64,000 bases of DNA, taken from an uncultured Gemmatimonadales bacterium. Its GTDB lineage: Bacteria > Gemmatimonadota > Gemmatimonadetes > Longimicrobiales > RSA9. The DNA lies in NCBI GenBank assembly GCA_963798085.1, contig CAWCRS010000001.1, positions 192,001-256,000 on the forward strand. Reading direction: 5' to 3'. Shown here in pieces: positions 1 through 9,466 of this stretch; position 1 is the first letter of the stretch, and each line of letters begins with the position of its first letter. The position numbers and the translations under genes were made by a program. A model generated the notes under the pieces. That model ran no database searches and had not been told where the DNA came from. It was given only the letters and a program-made list of their open reading frames with translations.

Positions 1-40
1 CGTAGATCTCGACGTATTGCACCCCCGGATCATCCCTGTT

Positions 41-691
41 CTATACGCTGTGCGCTGGCGCCAGCTCTGACATGCTGCCGGCGCCCTTCACTATTCGCAG
101 GATCACCGGAGCGGTAATGATGCCGAGGATGAGCCCGCCCACCAGCAGCACGCCCACGTACAGCAGGGCGCCGACGATGCCCGGGATTTTCGGCAGATAG
201 CGATCGCTGACAATGATCATGCCGCTGCCCAGGCACCAGCCGATGGTCGCCGTGGGTACCCACCACAACGCCGCACGCGAGCGGCGCCGGAGAACGCGCC
301 ATTGCAGCACACTCACCACGACCCCACCCGCCACCACGAGCAGTGCGAGAGAGTAGGGGCGCTGCGTCATCAGGGCTTTCAGAATGTCCGACACCATGAA
401 CGGCGCGGTCAGGCCCGCCGCGGACGCGATCCACCAGCGTCGCGCATCGCCGACGCTCCCACGCAGCACCCTTGCCTGCAGAAAGCCCGTGCCCAGACCC
501 ATGCCCAGACCAATGGGAAACTGCGTGTTACCCAGTCCGACCATGCTGGTCAGCGCGATGAGGACGAGGACGAGAAGGAAGCCCACGGTCCAGCCGCCGA
601 ACGTCGCGCCGATCCAGCGCGTGAGGAATCGATCGCCGCGACTCGAGGCGTCAAGGACGTTGGACACGTTCGCGCTCCCGGTTGTGGTCAT
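41..691 (-). CDS. Multi-pass membrane protein (~6-7 TM), hypothetical
   Basis: 216-aa hydrophobic ORF with G-rich helices and a QWRVLR-type motif. Its start overlaps the SIR2-like stop (ATGA at 688-691). Confidence 0.8.
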   Translation of the reverse strand: MTTTGSANVSNVLDASSRGDRFLTRWIGATFGGWTVGFLLVLVLIALTSMVGLGNTQFPIGLGMGLGTGFLQARVLRGSVGDARRWWIASAAGLTAPFMVSDILKALMTQRPYSLALLVVAGGVVVSVLQWRVLRRRSRAALWWVPTATIGWCLGSGMIIVSDRYLPKIPGIVGALLYVGVLLVGGLILGIITAPVILRIVKGAGSMSELAPAHSV

Positions 692-1863
692 AGCGTGGCC
701 TGCGCGAAGCGTTCCGCGATCGCCGCGGCGAGCCCGCGGCCCGCGCCGAAGTCCCAGCGCAGATGATTGTGGTCGCCCACATGGTCGCCGAAAACGTCAC
801 GATAGTTCTCGACGCGCGCGGCGTTCCACACACGATCGACGACCAGGCAGCGCAGGTCGCGCGCGCGGTTCTCGTGCAGGGCTCGGCGGATCGCGGCGCG
901 GGTGAGAAAGTCGTCGCGGGGGAGCGAATAGCCGAGAAAGACGAACTCGTGTGCCGTCTGGCACACCTGCAGCACATCCTGCCAAATGCGCTGCTGTTCA
1001 ATGTAGCGGAACTGCTTGGCGAAAGTGGGCGCGGTGATGACCGGCGGACAGGCGAGCGGCGAGTGCACGGTTGCGCCGTCCACATCGAGCGGCAGCGCGA
1101 CCTCCGAGAAGGCGACAATACGCTGTTCGTAACGCGGGATGCGCACGTCGTTGCCGGCGATGAAGTAGGATTCACCATTGCCGATCCCCATTTGCACATC
1201 GTACCAGCCGACCGAGCCGTGTGGCTTGAGGACGAGCACATGCGGATCGCGCGCACGATGCTCGGCATCCCACGCGCCCAGCGTGTAGGAAACATCGCGA
1301 TGCAGATTCCAACCCAGATGGTAGTCGACTTCCTCGTCCCAGTTGAAATTGACGATCGCGTCTCGATCCGGTCGCACCGCAGCGATGGCGCCGGCCAGGT
1401 CCGCCGGCAGAGCGAGCGCGTCGCAAATGTCATGGAAATACGAACGTGTAACCGCCGCCAGATCGTGAAACAGGCTGCTCTCCGTCGAGGTTGCGCCGTT
1501 GCCGGCAGGCACGCCGCCCGGTCCCGGGCGCCGGTCCTGAACCAGCCAGGGGCTGTCGGCCAGCGTCCCTGCCATGGTGAAGAACTCCGCCACATCGATC
1601 TCATCAATGCGTGCACGACTGCTGGCGAAGTACTGGGCGAGGACCTGATCGATGATCCCGAGCAGCTGCCCCACGCGCTCCCGGTCGTTGCGCGTGCGCC
1701 GGACGCTGTTCGTGAAGCCGGGCGGGTATTTCCATGCGCTGCGAGACCGCGGGCCCGCAAGGTAGTCGACAATGCGGCGCATCAGATCACGGCCGACCGG
1801 ATACTGCGCGCCGGCCGAGAAGCCGGCGCCGATGAAATACACCCGTTCGAAAGAGCGCTTCAT
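688..1863 (-). CDS. SIR2-like (SIR2_2 family) NAD-dependent protein
   Basis: Motifs FIGAGFS, IVNFNWD, LKPHGSVGW, VITAPTFAK and FVFLGYSLPRDD. Likely start MKRSF at 1863. Confidence 0.85.
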   Translation of the reverse strand: MKRSFERVYFIGAGFSAGAQYPVGRDLMRRIVDYLAGPRSRSAWKYPPGFTNSVRRTRNDRERVGQLLGIIDQVLAQYFASSRARIDEIDVAEFFTMAGTLADSPWLVQDRRPGPGGVPAGNGATSTESSLFHDLAAVTRSYFHDICDALALPADLAGAIAAVRPDRDAIVNFNWDEEVDYHLGWNLHRDVSYTLGAWDAEHRARDPHVLVLKPHGSVGWYDVQMGIGNGESYFIAGNDVRIPRYEQRIVAFSEVALPLDVDGATVHSPLACPPVITAPTFAKQFRYIEQQRIWQDVLQVCQTAHEFVFLGYSLPRDDFLTRAAIRRALHENRARDLRCLVVDRVWNAARVENYRDVFGDHVGDHNHLRWDFGAGRGLAAAIAERFAQATL

Positions 1864-2027
1864 TGGGCGATCTGTGCGCACCGGCTCCGATGGATGGCGG
1901 CGAATCGAGCCGCGTGCCATAGTGTTAGCCGTATGCGGGCAGCGCAAGCCACTTGATCCTGACGCCGCCGCGGTCAGGCGAGCCCTGCGGTTTCAGACTC
2001 CGGGTCATCCGACCCGGACGCCTCGGC

Positions 2028-3125
2028 TCACTCCATCGTGATCACGACCTTGCCCCGCGCGTGCCCTGCTTCCTGGTAGCGGATCGCCTCGGGAAGCTCG
2101 CTGAGCGGCCAGGTCCGATCGATCACAGGCGTCAGTTTTCCGGTCGCCATCAGATCGCCCAGGATGTTCAGGTCTTTCACATTGAGGTTCGACAGGAAGA
2201 AGCGCATGGTCTGCGGCACGAAGCGCGTGTACACGAGCGCATTGAGCACCCGCGGCAGCGGCGCAATCCACTTGCCCGACGACGCGCCGATCATGATGAC
2301 GGCGCCGCGCGGCTGGAGCACCCGCCTGAGGTCGCGCAGCGAATGATTGCCCACCATGTCGAGAATCAGGTCGTAGTGCTGACCGCTCTTCGTGAAATCA
2401 TCCTTTGTGTAGTCAATGACTTCGTCCGCGCCGATCGAGCGGACCATGTCCACGTTTCTCGTGCTGCACACACCGGTGACGTGCGCGCCGAACGACTTTG
2501 CGATCTGCACGGCGAACGTGCCCACACCGCCCGAGGCGCCGTTGATGAGCACGTGCTGGCCGGCCTGGACCCTGCCGGCATCGCGCAGTCCCTGCAGCGC
2601 AGTGATCGCCGCCACGGGGACGGCCGCCGCCTGTTCGAACGTCATGTTATCCGGCTTCCGCACCAGCTGGTCCGCGCGCACCGTCATGTACTCGGCAAAC
2701 GCGCCGGTCCTGCCGCCGAAGACCGCGTCGCCCGGCTTGAGCTGCGTGACGCTCCTGCCCACCCCTTCGACGACCCCTGAGAAATCGACGCCCAGCCGTA
2801 TGTCCGCGGGTTTGCGCAACCCCATGACCATGCGCGCGATGTAGGGTTCGCCCTGCATGAAGTGCCAGTCGAGCGGATTGACCGAGGCCGCGCGTACGCG
2901 GATCAGGACCTGGCTGTCACCGGGGACCGGCTTCTCGATATCCACGAACTTCAGAACGTCCGGCGATCCGTAGTCGCAGTAAATGAAAGCCTTCATCGGG
3001 TCACCCGGCACAGCGGTGCGATCGCTGCAGCTGTTGTCCGACCTCCAGTAGGCAACGAGTCCCGTTGCCAGGATCCCGAGCAGCAGCGTGCCTGCGCTCC
3101 ATGCTGCAACGCGCTTGAGCTTCAT
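2028..3125 (-). CDS. NAD(P)-dependent MDR oxidoreductase (zinc-free, quinone-reductase-like) with N-terminal anchor
   Basis: Motifs AASVNPLDW, INGASGGVGTFAVQIAK and GHARGKVVI. Confidence 0.9.
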   Translation of the reverse strand: MKLKRVAAWSAGTLLLGILATGLVAYWRSDNSCSDRTAVPGDPMKAFIYCDYGSPDVLKFVDIEKPVPGDSQVLIRVRAASVNPLDWHFMQGEPYIARMVMGLRKPADIRLGVDFSGVVEGVGRSVTQLKPGDAVFGGRTGAFAEYMTVRADQLVRKPDNMTFEQAAAVPVAAITALQGLRDAGRVQAGQHVLINGASGGVGTFAVQIAKSFGAHVTGVCSTRNVDMVRSIGADEVIDYTKDDFTKSGQHYDLILDMVGNHSLRDLRRVLQPRGAVIMIGASSGKWIAPLPRVLNALVYTRFVPQTMRFFLSNLNVKDLNILGDLMATGKLTPVIDRTWPLSELPEAIRYQEAGHARGKVVITME

Positions 3126-3357
3126 GGATTTGCTTCCTGTGGAATGATCTCCGGGGCGGGCTTTGCGTTCGAGCCGCACGACTCGACCGCATGGGAGTGT
3201 ACTTTCGCCTGCATCGCCTCGCCGTACTACGAGAAAACCGGACGTGCAGTTTCGTTTCGTCGCTCGCGCTTGCGCAGGCAGCGACCGCGTCTGTTGGCGG
3301 AATCAAGGGGAACCGCGCCTCAAACATGGCGTTAGAGGTCCGGTGGCCGGCGCCGGC

Positions 3358-4698
3358 TCAGGCCCCGGCCAGCTCGCTCATGGCCTGATCAGCAGCGGTT
3401 TCGGCTTCGTGCAGGGCGACGACGCGCTCCGCAAGTGACGCGCGCAGCTTCCTGCAATCAGGCTCGGACAGCGGGAACGACGCCTTCGCCTGCTTCTGCA
3501 TGGTGTCCAGCTTCTCCCAGCACGCGTGCAGCCCGGCTTCGGCGTCGTCGCTTTCACTGTTGGCCAGCTCGGCTCGCCGCGCGCATGTCTCGCGGACTTC
3601 GCGGAACGCGGGCACATCATCGGGCAGTGCGGCGTGCGCCAGGTCCGACCACTGCCCGGCCAGCGCCCGATAACGCGCTGCAAGGGACTCCAGCGGCTTC
3701 TGCTTCGTGGCCTGTGCGGCCTCGTGGAGGAATTCCGCGAAGAGCGGACGGCACAACCCGCCGCCTGTGCCCTGGTACTCAATGCACTCGTAGATCAATG
3801 TCAGGCCCCGCCACAACCGGTGGCCGGACGGAAACACACGCGCCCAGCCTTCCTTGTCCTTGTCGCTGGTGAGCCGTTCGGCCCAGGTGCGCAGCGCACC
3901 CAGCGTGAAATTGCTTTTCGCCTGTCTGGGTGCGCCCTCACCCGCGAGTCCGCCGTGCGCGGCGCCCAGTGCCTGCCGCACGATCACCGAAAGCGCCGTC
4001 GGCTGCGTGATCTTCGCTGGCGCGCGCAAGGCGAGCACACGCGTCCTGTCTTTCTTGATGCGGCTGCGCGCGGCAGCGAGTGCGGCCAGCGGGATCGAGA
4101 CCGGCGCATCGCCCAGATCGCCAATGCTGGCGGTCTTCGCGACGTCGTCAATGCCGTACACTGTAATGACGTGGTAGGCCATGCCGTTCGGATCGACGGG
4201 CATGGCGCGGTGCGGCAGCAGTGACGCATCCACCCAGGCAATGCAAACACCGTGTTCGTCCAGCAGCGCGCGCAGGTTCTGCTCCGCCGGCTTCGCGCCC
4301 GACGCCTCCTTCACCACGACTTCCGCGCCCAGCCGTTCGGCAGCGCCCCGCAAGTATGCCTCGTAGTCGTGCCAGAGATGACGGCCGGCAAGGAAGAAGG
4401 AGGCAAAGTCGCCTTTCTCGTAGTAGAACGAGAACAGGCCAATGCCAATGCCGCCCGCGAGACCGAACGTCATGGCCTCGTTGAACGGCCGCTTCGTGTG
4501 CGGGTCGCGCAATCCCGCGGCTGTGAGCGCGACGCGCAGCGCCGTGGCGGCTGGGATGTTGCCGGGGAAGTGCGGCCCTTCCTGGCTATCGGTTGCAGAC
4601 GACTGCGCGATCACCCGGCGGCGCGCGCTGGCGTAGCTCTCGCCCGTCTTTTCCATGCGGCTGCGGACCAGTTGCTTGAGGTGCCTTTGGCGGGTCAT
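3358..4698 (-). CDS. BtrH N-terminal/DUF4872-like protein with basic N-terminal RARMxKTGESY-type motif
   Basis: Motifs EAMTFGLAGGIG, HVITVYGID and GTGGGLCRPLFAEFL. RBS GAGGAG. Confidence 0.75.
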   Translation of the reverse strand: MTRQRHLKQLVRSRMEKTGESYASARRRVIAQSSATDSQEGPHFPGNIPAATALRVALTAAGLRDPHTKRPFNEAMTFGLAGGIGIGLFSFYYEKGDFASFFLAGRHLWHDYEAYLRGAAERLGAEVVVKEASGAKPAEQNLRALLDEHGVCIAWVDASLLPHRAMPVDPNGMAYHVITVYGIDDVAKTASIGDLGDAPVSIPLAALAAARSRIKKDRTRVLALRAPAKITQPTALSVIVRQALGAAHGGLAGEGAPRQAKSNFTLGALRTWAERLTSDKDKEGWARVFPSGHRLWRGLTLIYECIEYQGTGGGLCRPLFAEFLHEAAQATKQKPLESLAARYRALAGQWSDLAHAALPDDVPAFREVRETCARRAELANSESDDAEAGLHACWEKLDTMQKQAKASFPLSEPDCRKLRASLAERVVALHEAETAADQAMSELAGA

Positions 4699-4805
4699 GG
4701 TCGGTTCTCCTCAGATCCGGAATGCCCGAACCCCACGCGCCCGGCCCTCCGGAAGTGAGTGAGCCGTCACCATGCTGGACCACGGGTCCGCTCGAGGACA
4801 TGCAT
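4699..4805 (-). promoter_or_regulatory. Candidate structured 5' leader RNA
   Basis: Minus-strand stems GGACC-CGT-GGTCC (inside GAGC..GCTC) and TCCGGA-GG-GCCGGGC-GCGTGGG-GTTCGGGC-AT-TCCGGA, abutting the RBS. Confidence 0.45.
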
Positions 4806-4925
4806 CCCCTTTACCCTCGCCCTGCCGGTCGCGTGGGAACCGGTCTGAGGGTCAGGCGCGAGCAGCGCCGAACACCAAGTTATCGGCCCGTGCGGGGCCG
4901 GCAAGGGCGAGGATGGCGACGGCGG

Positions 4926-5487
4926 CTAGCGCGGCCAGAGCCAGCCGAACATGCCGGCCGTGAGCAGCGCGTAGATCAACCCGTCCAGCGTCGCCTTGAG
5001 GCTGAGGCTCAGGCTGCGGCGATACCAGAATGGTCATCTGCCAGAGCGCCAATGTGTAGGCAGTGAAGGCTACCGCGCCGACGAAACGGAAAACGCTCAG
5101 GTAGTCCGCGCCGGGTGGCAGGGCGCGCCCCGCGACGTAGCCCGCGAACACGCCCACAACCACGAGGTAGAGGAACCAGTAGACCAGGTTCGTGCCGATG
5201 GGCATCGGCCCGTTGGGCATCACCGTCATCACGACGACGGGCCCCTGCTTCATCTTCTCGAGGAATCCGGGCGAACGCATGTCACGGCCGTCCGCGGCGC
5301 GCGGCACCATGTAGTCGCCGGGCGGAATCGTGAGCGGCCGCACGGCGTCGCGGAACCGCTCTTCGTCGGGCACACGCGGGTAGTCTCCCTTGTGCCAGGG
5401 CATGGCCATGTGGATCAGCCAGCTGACAATGAACAGGAGCACGGACGAAAGCAGGATCGGAAGCCACAACGCATAGAGCCCGGTCAT
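4926..5487 (-). CDS. Membrane protein, hypothetical; one frameshift at ~5030 (likely artefact)
   Basis: Reads [13 protein letters not shown]...WQMT. Removing one base restores [42 protein letters not shown]. Confidence 0.8.
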
Positions 5488-5756
5488 GGGACCTCCTGTG
5501 GTGTGTGCGGCGTTCCCTTCGCCTCGCGCGGCGAGGTGCCGACCCGGGTGCCTCGGGGGATGAGCGCGGACACGTCCAGGCGGCCGTCGCATGCGGCGCT
5601 CCGGATGTTACGCTTTTTCCTGCTGTCGGCCAGTGGACTGCCCCCCAACCAGGATGAGCCGGTCAATACGGGATTTCCCCTCGCCTCTGACGGGACAACC
5701 CCTCTGGCATCCGGATGCTGCCGCGGCACTGTTCAATGCAGTCGTACTCATGCGGG

Positions 5757-8567
5757 ATGTCTGGTATGGTCGTGGTTGCCCCGCTCTCCAGCGACGCCGA
5801 CGCCCAACCGACGAGCGGCCCGTCGGTGGATCGTTTCGCGCACTCCATGCGCGTGCAGCGTGCGGCGCTCTGGCTCACGCTGGTGCTCTACGCCGGCTTC
5901 GGCGCGCTCGACCCGTGGCTGGCGCCCGCCGCCGTCATGCGCATCTGGCTGATTCGCGGCGTCGTCAGCGTGGCGCTGCTCGCCGGACTCTACCTGCTGC
6001 GTGACTCGCCTTCCCCGGCCCGCGTGCAGGCCGTCCTCGTGTCCGCGGTCCTGTTCATGGGCGCGGGACTCACGGGCATTGTGCTGTTCGCGGGCGCCAC
6101 GGGCGGCGCGACGTATGTCGTCTCGTTCGTGCCCGTCGTGCTCTTCGCGCACGGCCTGGTGCGGCTCCGTTTCCTGCCCGCGACGGTCTCCTGCTGGCTG
6201 GTAACACTGGGTTATCTCGGCGCCGCCGCACTGGCCGGCGGCATGCCGGCGAGCGCACTGGCCGGACAGATCTTCCTGCTCGGCTCCGCCAACGTCATGG
6301 GCATGTTCGCCAGCTGGCAGCGCGACAGCTCGGCGCACTGGGCCAATGCACTGGCGCGCAGCGAAGCCCGCCTGCAGCTGCTGGTCGATTCCATGAACGA
6401 GGGCCTCGTCGCCGTCGACGACGCCGGATACGTGACCTGGGCCAACCGCAGCGCCTGCGAGATGTTCCGCCTGGATCCCGCCCGCGCGGCGGGACGCCAC
6501 CCGTTCGAGTTCCTCGATGCAGAGAATCGCAGGGTCTTCGAGCAGCAATTCAGCGTGCGCAGCGGCGGCCTGCGGCAGCGCTATGAGATCGACTGGGTGC
6601 GTACGGATGGCTCGAGCTTCAACTCGATCGTCTCGCCGCAGCCGCTGTTCGCGGGCGAAGGCCGCTTCTCGGGCAGTGTCTCCGTAATCACCGATGTCAC
6701 GCCGCTCAAGGAAGCCGAGCGCGCCGTGCGCCGCAGTGAGGCCCGGGTGCAGGCGATCTTCGCCAGCGCCGCGGTCGGTTTCGCCGTGATCGATCGTGGT
6801 GGCCGACTGGTGCAGGTCAATGAGCACCTCGCGGCGCTGACAGGCTACACGCGCGCCGAGCTGCGCGGCCGGACGTACCTCGACCTGATCCCGCCGCCCG
6901 ATCGCCCGGCCATCCAGCACAACATCGAGGGCTTCTTCGCCGGCGAGGTACCGCTCACGCGCGAAGAACGCTGCTACCTGCGCAAGGATGGCAGCACCTT
7001 CGTGGCGACGGTCGCGCCCGCGCCACTGCGCGTCGACCAGGACCAGGTCGAAGCCATTGTCATCTCCCTCGTGGACATCACGGCGCTGAAACAGGCAAGG
7101 GAAGCACTGGAGCAGAGCGAGCGGCACTTCCGCGAGCTGGTCGACTACGCCAGCAGCATCATCCTGCGCTGGGACGTGGATGGCACGATCCGTTTCGTGA
7201 ATCCGTTCGGCCTGCGCTTCCTCGGCTATGCTCGCGACGAGATCGTCGGCCGCAACGTCGTCGGTCCGATCGTGCCCGCGACCGACAGCAGCGGCCGCGA
7301 CCTGGCCGCCATGATCCGCGACATCACCATCCATCCCGAACGCTACCTGTTCAACGAGAACGAAATCCGTGACCGCAACGGCAGGCGTTACTGGGTGGTG
7401 TGGACGAATCGCGCGCTGTACGGCCCTGACGGCCGAGTTGCTGAAGTGCTCAGCATAGGAACCGACATCACGGAGTTGAAGCAGGCCAGAGAGGCCCTGG
7501 CGAAACAGCGGGACGAGCTGGCCGAGCTTAACGATTTCATACGCAGCGTCTTCGGCCGCTACGTATCCGACGCGGTGATGGAGGATCTGCTGGCGTCGCC
7601 GGCGTCCCTGCGCGTGGGGGGAACCAAACGTGCTGTTTCCATCCTGGTCTCCGACATCCGCGGCTTCTCCACGATCTGCGAAGAATTGTCGCCCGAGCAG
7701 GTAGTGGCGCTGCTGAACACGTACTTCGAGACCATGACCGCGGTCATCGAGCGCTACGACGGCACCATCGACGAGCTGCTGGGCGACAGCCTGCTCGTGC
7801 TCTTCGGCGCGCCCGTCGAAGCGCAGGACCACGCCGCCCGCGCCCTCGGCTGTGCTGTCGACATGCAGCTCGCCATGGCCAATGTGAATGCGCGCAATGC
7901 GTCGAGCGGTCTGCCCGCCATCGAGATGGGCATCGGCATCGACACCGGCAATGTGGTGGCCGGCAGCATCGGCTGCGCGCGCCGCGCGAAGTATGGCGTC
8001 GTGGGCAGCCACGTAAATCTGGCCTCGCGCATCGAGTCGTTCACCGTGGGCGGTCAGATCCTGGTGTCCGACCAGGCCAGGCGGGGCGCGGGAGAGGGCT
8101 TTGTTTTCGGGCGACGACTCGAAGTCCAGCCCAAGGGCGCGCGCGAACCGCAGCTGCTGCACGAAGTGCTCGGCGTGCGCGGCGCAGACCCGAGCCTCAG
8201 CGCCAGGCCCGAACCGGCCGGAACGCCCGTCGATCTGGACGTCACCTACCGCATCGTGGAAGAGAAGCACGTGTGCGAAAGCACATGCCGGGGCCGCATT
8301 GTACGACTGTCACGCACCTCCGCCGAAATGACCTGCAGCGCCACGCCGCCTCTGCTGACTAACCTGCTGTTATGGATTGGCGGCGGGCCAGCCGGCGAAG
8401 CGGCCGGGGAAATCTACGCCAAGGTCGTGGACCATGCCGGGGCCGGCCCCGTGACGCTGCGCTTCACTTCGGTACCGCCCGCGGCCAGGCGGTTCTTTGC
8501 GCAGGTGCTTGCGGCCTCGCCGGAGGAAGCAGCCGCGCACGCTGCGGAACCCGTTTCTGCCAGCTGA
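5757..8567 (+). CDS. Membrane-bound PAS-PAS-PAS class III nucleotide cyclase (adenylate/guanylate cyclase) with PilZ-like C-terminus
   Basis: N-terminal TM helices, three PAS/PAC repeats, and motifs SDIRGFS, IDELLGD, MGIGIDTG and VNLASRIE. Start uncertain; the ORF is open from 5715. Confidence 0.92.
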   Translation: MSGMVVVAPLSSDADAQPTSGPSVDRFAHSMRVQRAALWLTLVLYAGFGALDPWLAPAAVMRIWLIRGVVSVALLAGLYLLRDSPSPARVQAVLVSAVLFMGAGLTGIVLFAGATGGATYVVSFVPVVLFAHGLVRLRFLPATVSCWLVTLGYLGAAALAGGMPASALAGQIFLLGSANVMGMFASWQRDSSAHWANALARSEARLQLLVDSMNEGLVAVDDAGYVTWANRSACEMFRLDPARAAGRHPFEFLDAENRRVFEQQFSVRSGGLRQRYEIDWVRTDGSSFNSIVSPQPLFAGEGRFSGSVSVITDVTPLKEAERAVRRSEARVQAIFASAAVGFAVIDRGGRLVQVNEHLAALTGYTRAELRGRTYLDLIPPPDRPAIQHNIEGFFAGEVPLTREERCYLRKDGSTFVATVAPAPLRVDQDQVEAIVISLVDITALKQAREALEQSERHFRELVDYASSIILRWDVDGTIRFVNPFGLRFLGYARDEIVGRNVVGPIVPATDSSGRDLAAMIRDITIHPERYLFNENEIRDRNGRRYWVVWTNRALYGPDGRVAEVLSIGTDITELKQAREALAKQRDELAELNDFIRSVFGRYVSDAVMEDLLASPASLRVGGTKRAVSILVSDIRGFSTICEELSPEQVVALLNTYFETMTAVIERYDGTIDELLGDSLLVLFGAPVEAQDHAARALGCAVDMQLAMANVNARNASSGLPAIEMGIGIDTGNVVAGSIGCARRAKYGVVGSHVNLASRIESFTVGGQILVSDQARRGAGEGFVFGRRLEVQPKGAREPQLLHEVLGVRGADPSLSARPEPAGTPVDLDVTYRIVEEKHVCESTCRGRIVRLSRTSAEMTCSATPPLLTNLLLWIGGGPAGEAAGEIYAKVVDHAGAGPVTLRFTSVPPAARRFFAQVLAASPEEAAAHAAEPVSAS

Positions 8568-8602
8568 CAACGAAGCAGACTCCGCAGAGCGCGTCGCCTG
8601 CT

Positions 8603-9466
8603 CTACGTGTCATTGCCATCCAGACCGGTGAGCTGCGAACTGACCTGCCAGCACGACTCGATCAGCGCGGTGTCGTAGCAGAAGGGCGCCGCCTTCGTCT
8701 CCCGCAGCTTGTCGTAGTAACGACCTGTTGCGCCCGCGGTTCCGGGGTCGGCCGCCAGGCGCACGACCGCGCGCGCTGCCTTCTCCGGCGAGTCGCGCAT
8801 CCACTGGAAGAGATGGAGCAGCCCGCCCAGCCAGTGGCCGCTGCTCGTCCAGATGCCGGTGGCGATCGAGCCGGGATGCAGCGCGCTGACCGTGACGCCT
8901 GTGCCGGCCAGTCGCTTCGCCAGTTCGAACGTGAACAGAACCTGCGCAGCCTTCGAGTCCGCGTACGCCCGCAGCGCGTTGTACTTGCCCTGGCCGCGGA
9001 AGATGTCCTGCAGCGGCTGGCGCTGCAGGCGGGCTACCACGTGCATGCCCGAAGAGACGTTGACCACTCGACCCTGTGCCTGGCGCAGCGGTTCGAGCAG
9101 CAGGCGAGTCAGCAGGAAATGGCTGAGATGATTGACTGCGACGGTCTGCTCGAAGCCATCGGCCGTAATGATGCGTTTGGCGGCGATGCTGCCCGCATTG
9201 TTGATGAGTGCATCAAGCCGGTCGTGGCGCGCCAGGAAAGCCTGCGCGGCGGCGCGTGTTTCCGCCAGCGAGTCGAGGTTCGCCAGCAGCAGCTCAGGTT
9301 CGCGGCCGCCGGCGCGGCGGATTTCCGTGCACACCGCCTCGCCGCGCTCGCGCGTCCGGCTGAGCAGCGCCACAGCCCAGCCCTGTTGCGCGAGCGCCAG
9401 CGCAGTGGCTCTGCCAATGCCGCTGGTGGCGCCGGTCACGAGCGCGCGTCGAGCCGTCGTGTTCAT
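8603..9466 (-). CDS. SDR family oxidoreductase (retinol dehydrogenase-like)
   Basis: Motifs TGATSGIG, NNAG, YADSK and LHPG. Confidence 0.93.
   Translation of the reverse strand: MNTTARRALVTGATSGIGRATALALAQQGWAVALLSRTRERGEAVCTEIRRAGGREPELLLANLDSLAETRAAAQAFLARHDRLDALINNAGSIAAKRIITADGFEQTVAVNHLSHFLLTRLLLEPLRQAQGRVVNVSSGMHVVARLQRQPLQDIFRGQGKYNALRAYADSKAAQVLFTFELAKRLAGTGVTVSALHPGSIATGIWTSSGHWLGGLLHLFQWMRDSPEKAARAVVRLAADPGTAGATGRYYDKLRETKAAPFCYDTALIESCWQVSSQLTGLDGNDT

Noticed and set aside
1..33. Possible start of a third gene (MIRGVQYVEIY, VOC-like) after the SIR2/TM pair
   Set aside because: Needs an extra G in a homopolymer, and only 11 codons are visible.
5748..8270. Long antisense ORFs (also 12204-14180, 29839-31353, 40849-43716 and others)
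   Set aside because: Shadows of GC3-rich genes on the opposite strand, with no motifs of their own.
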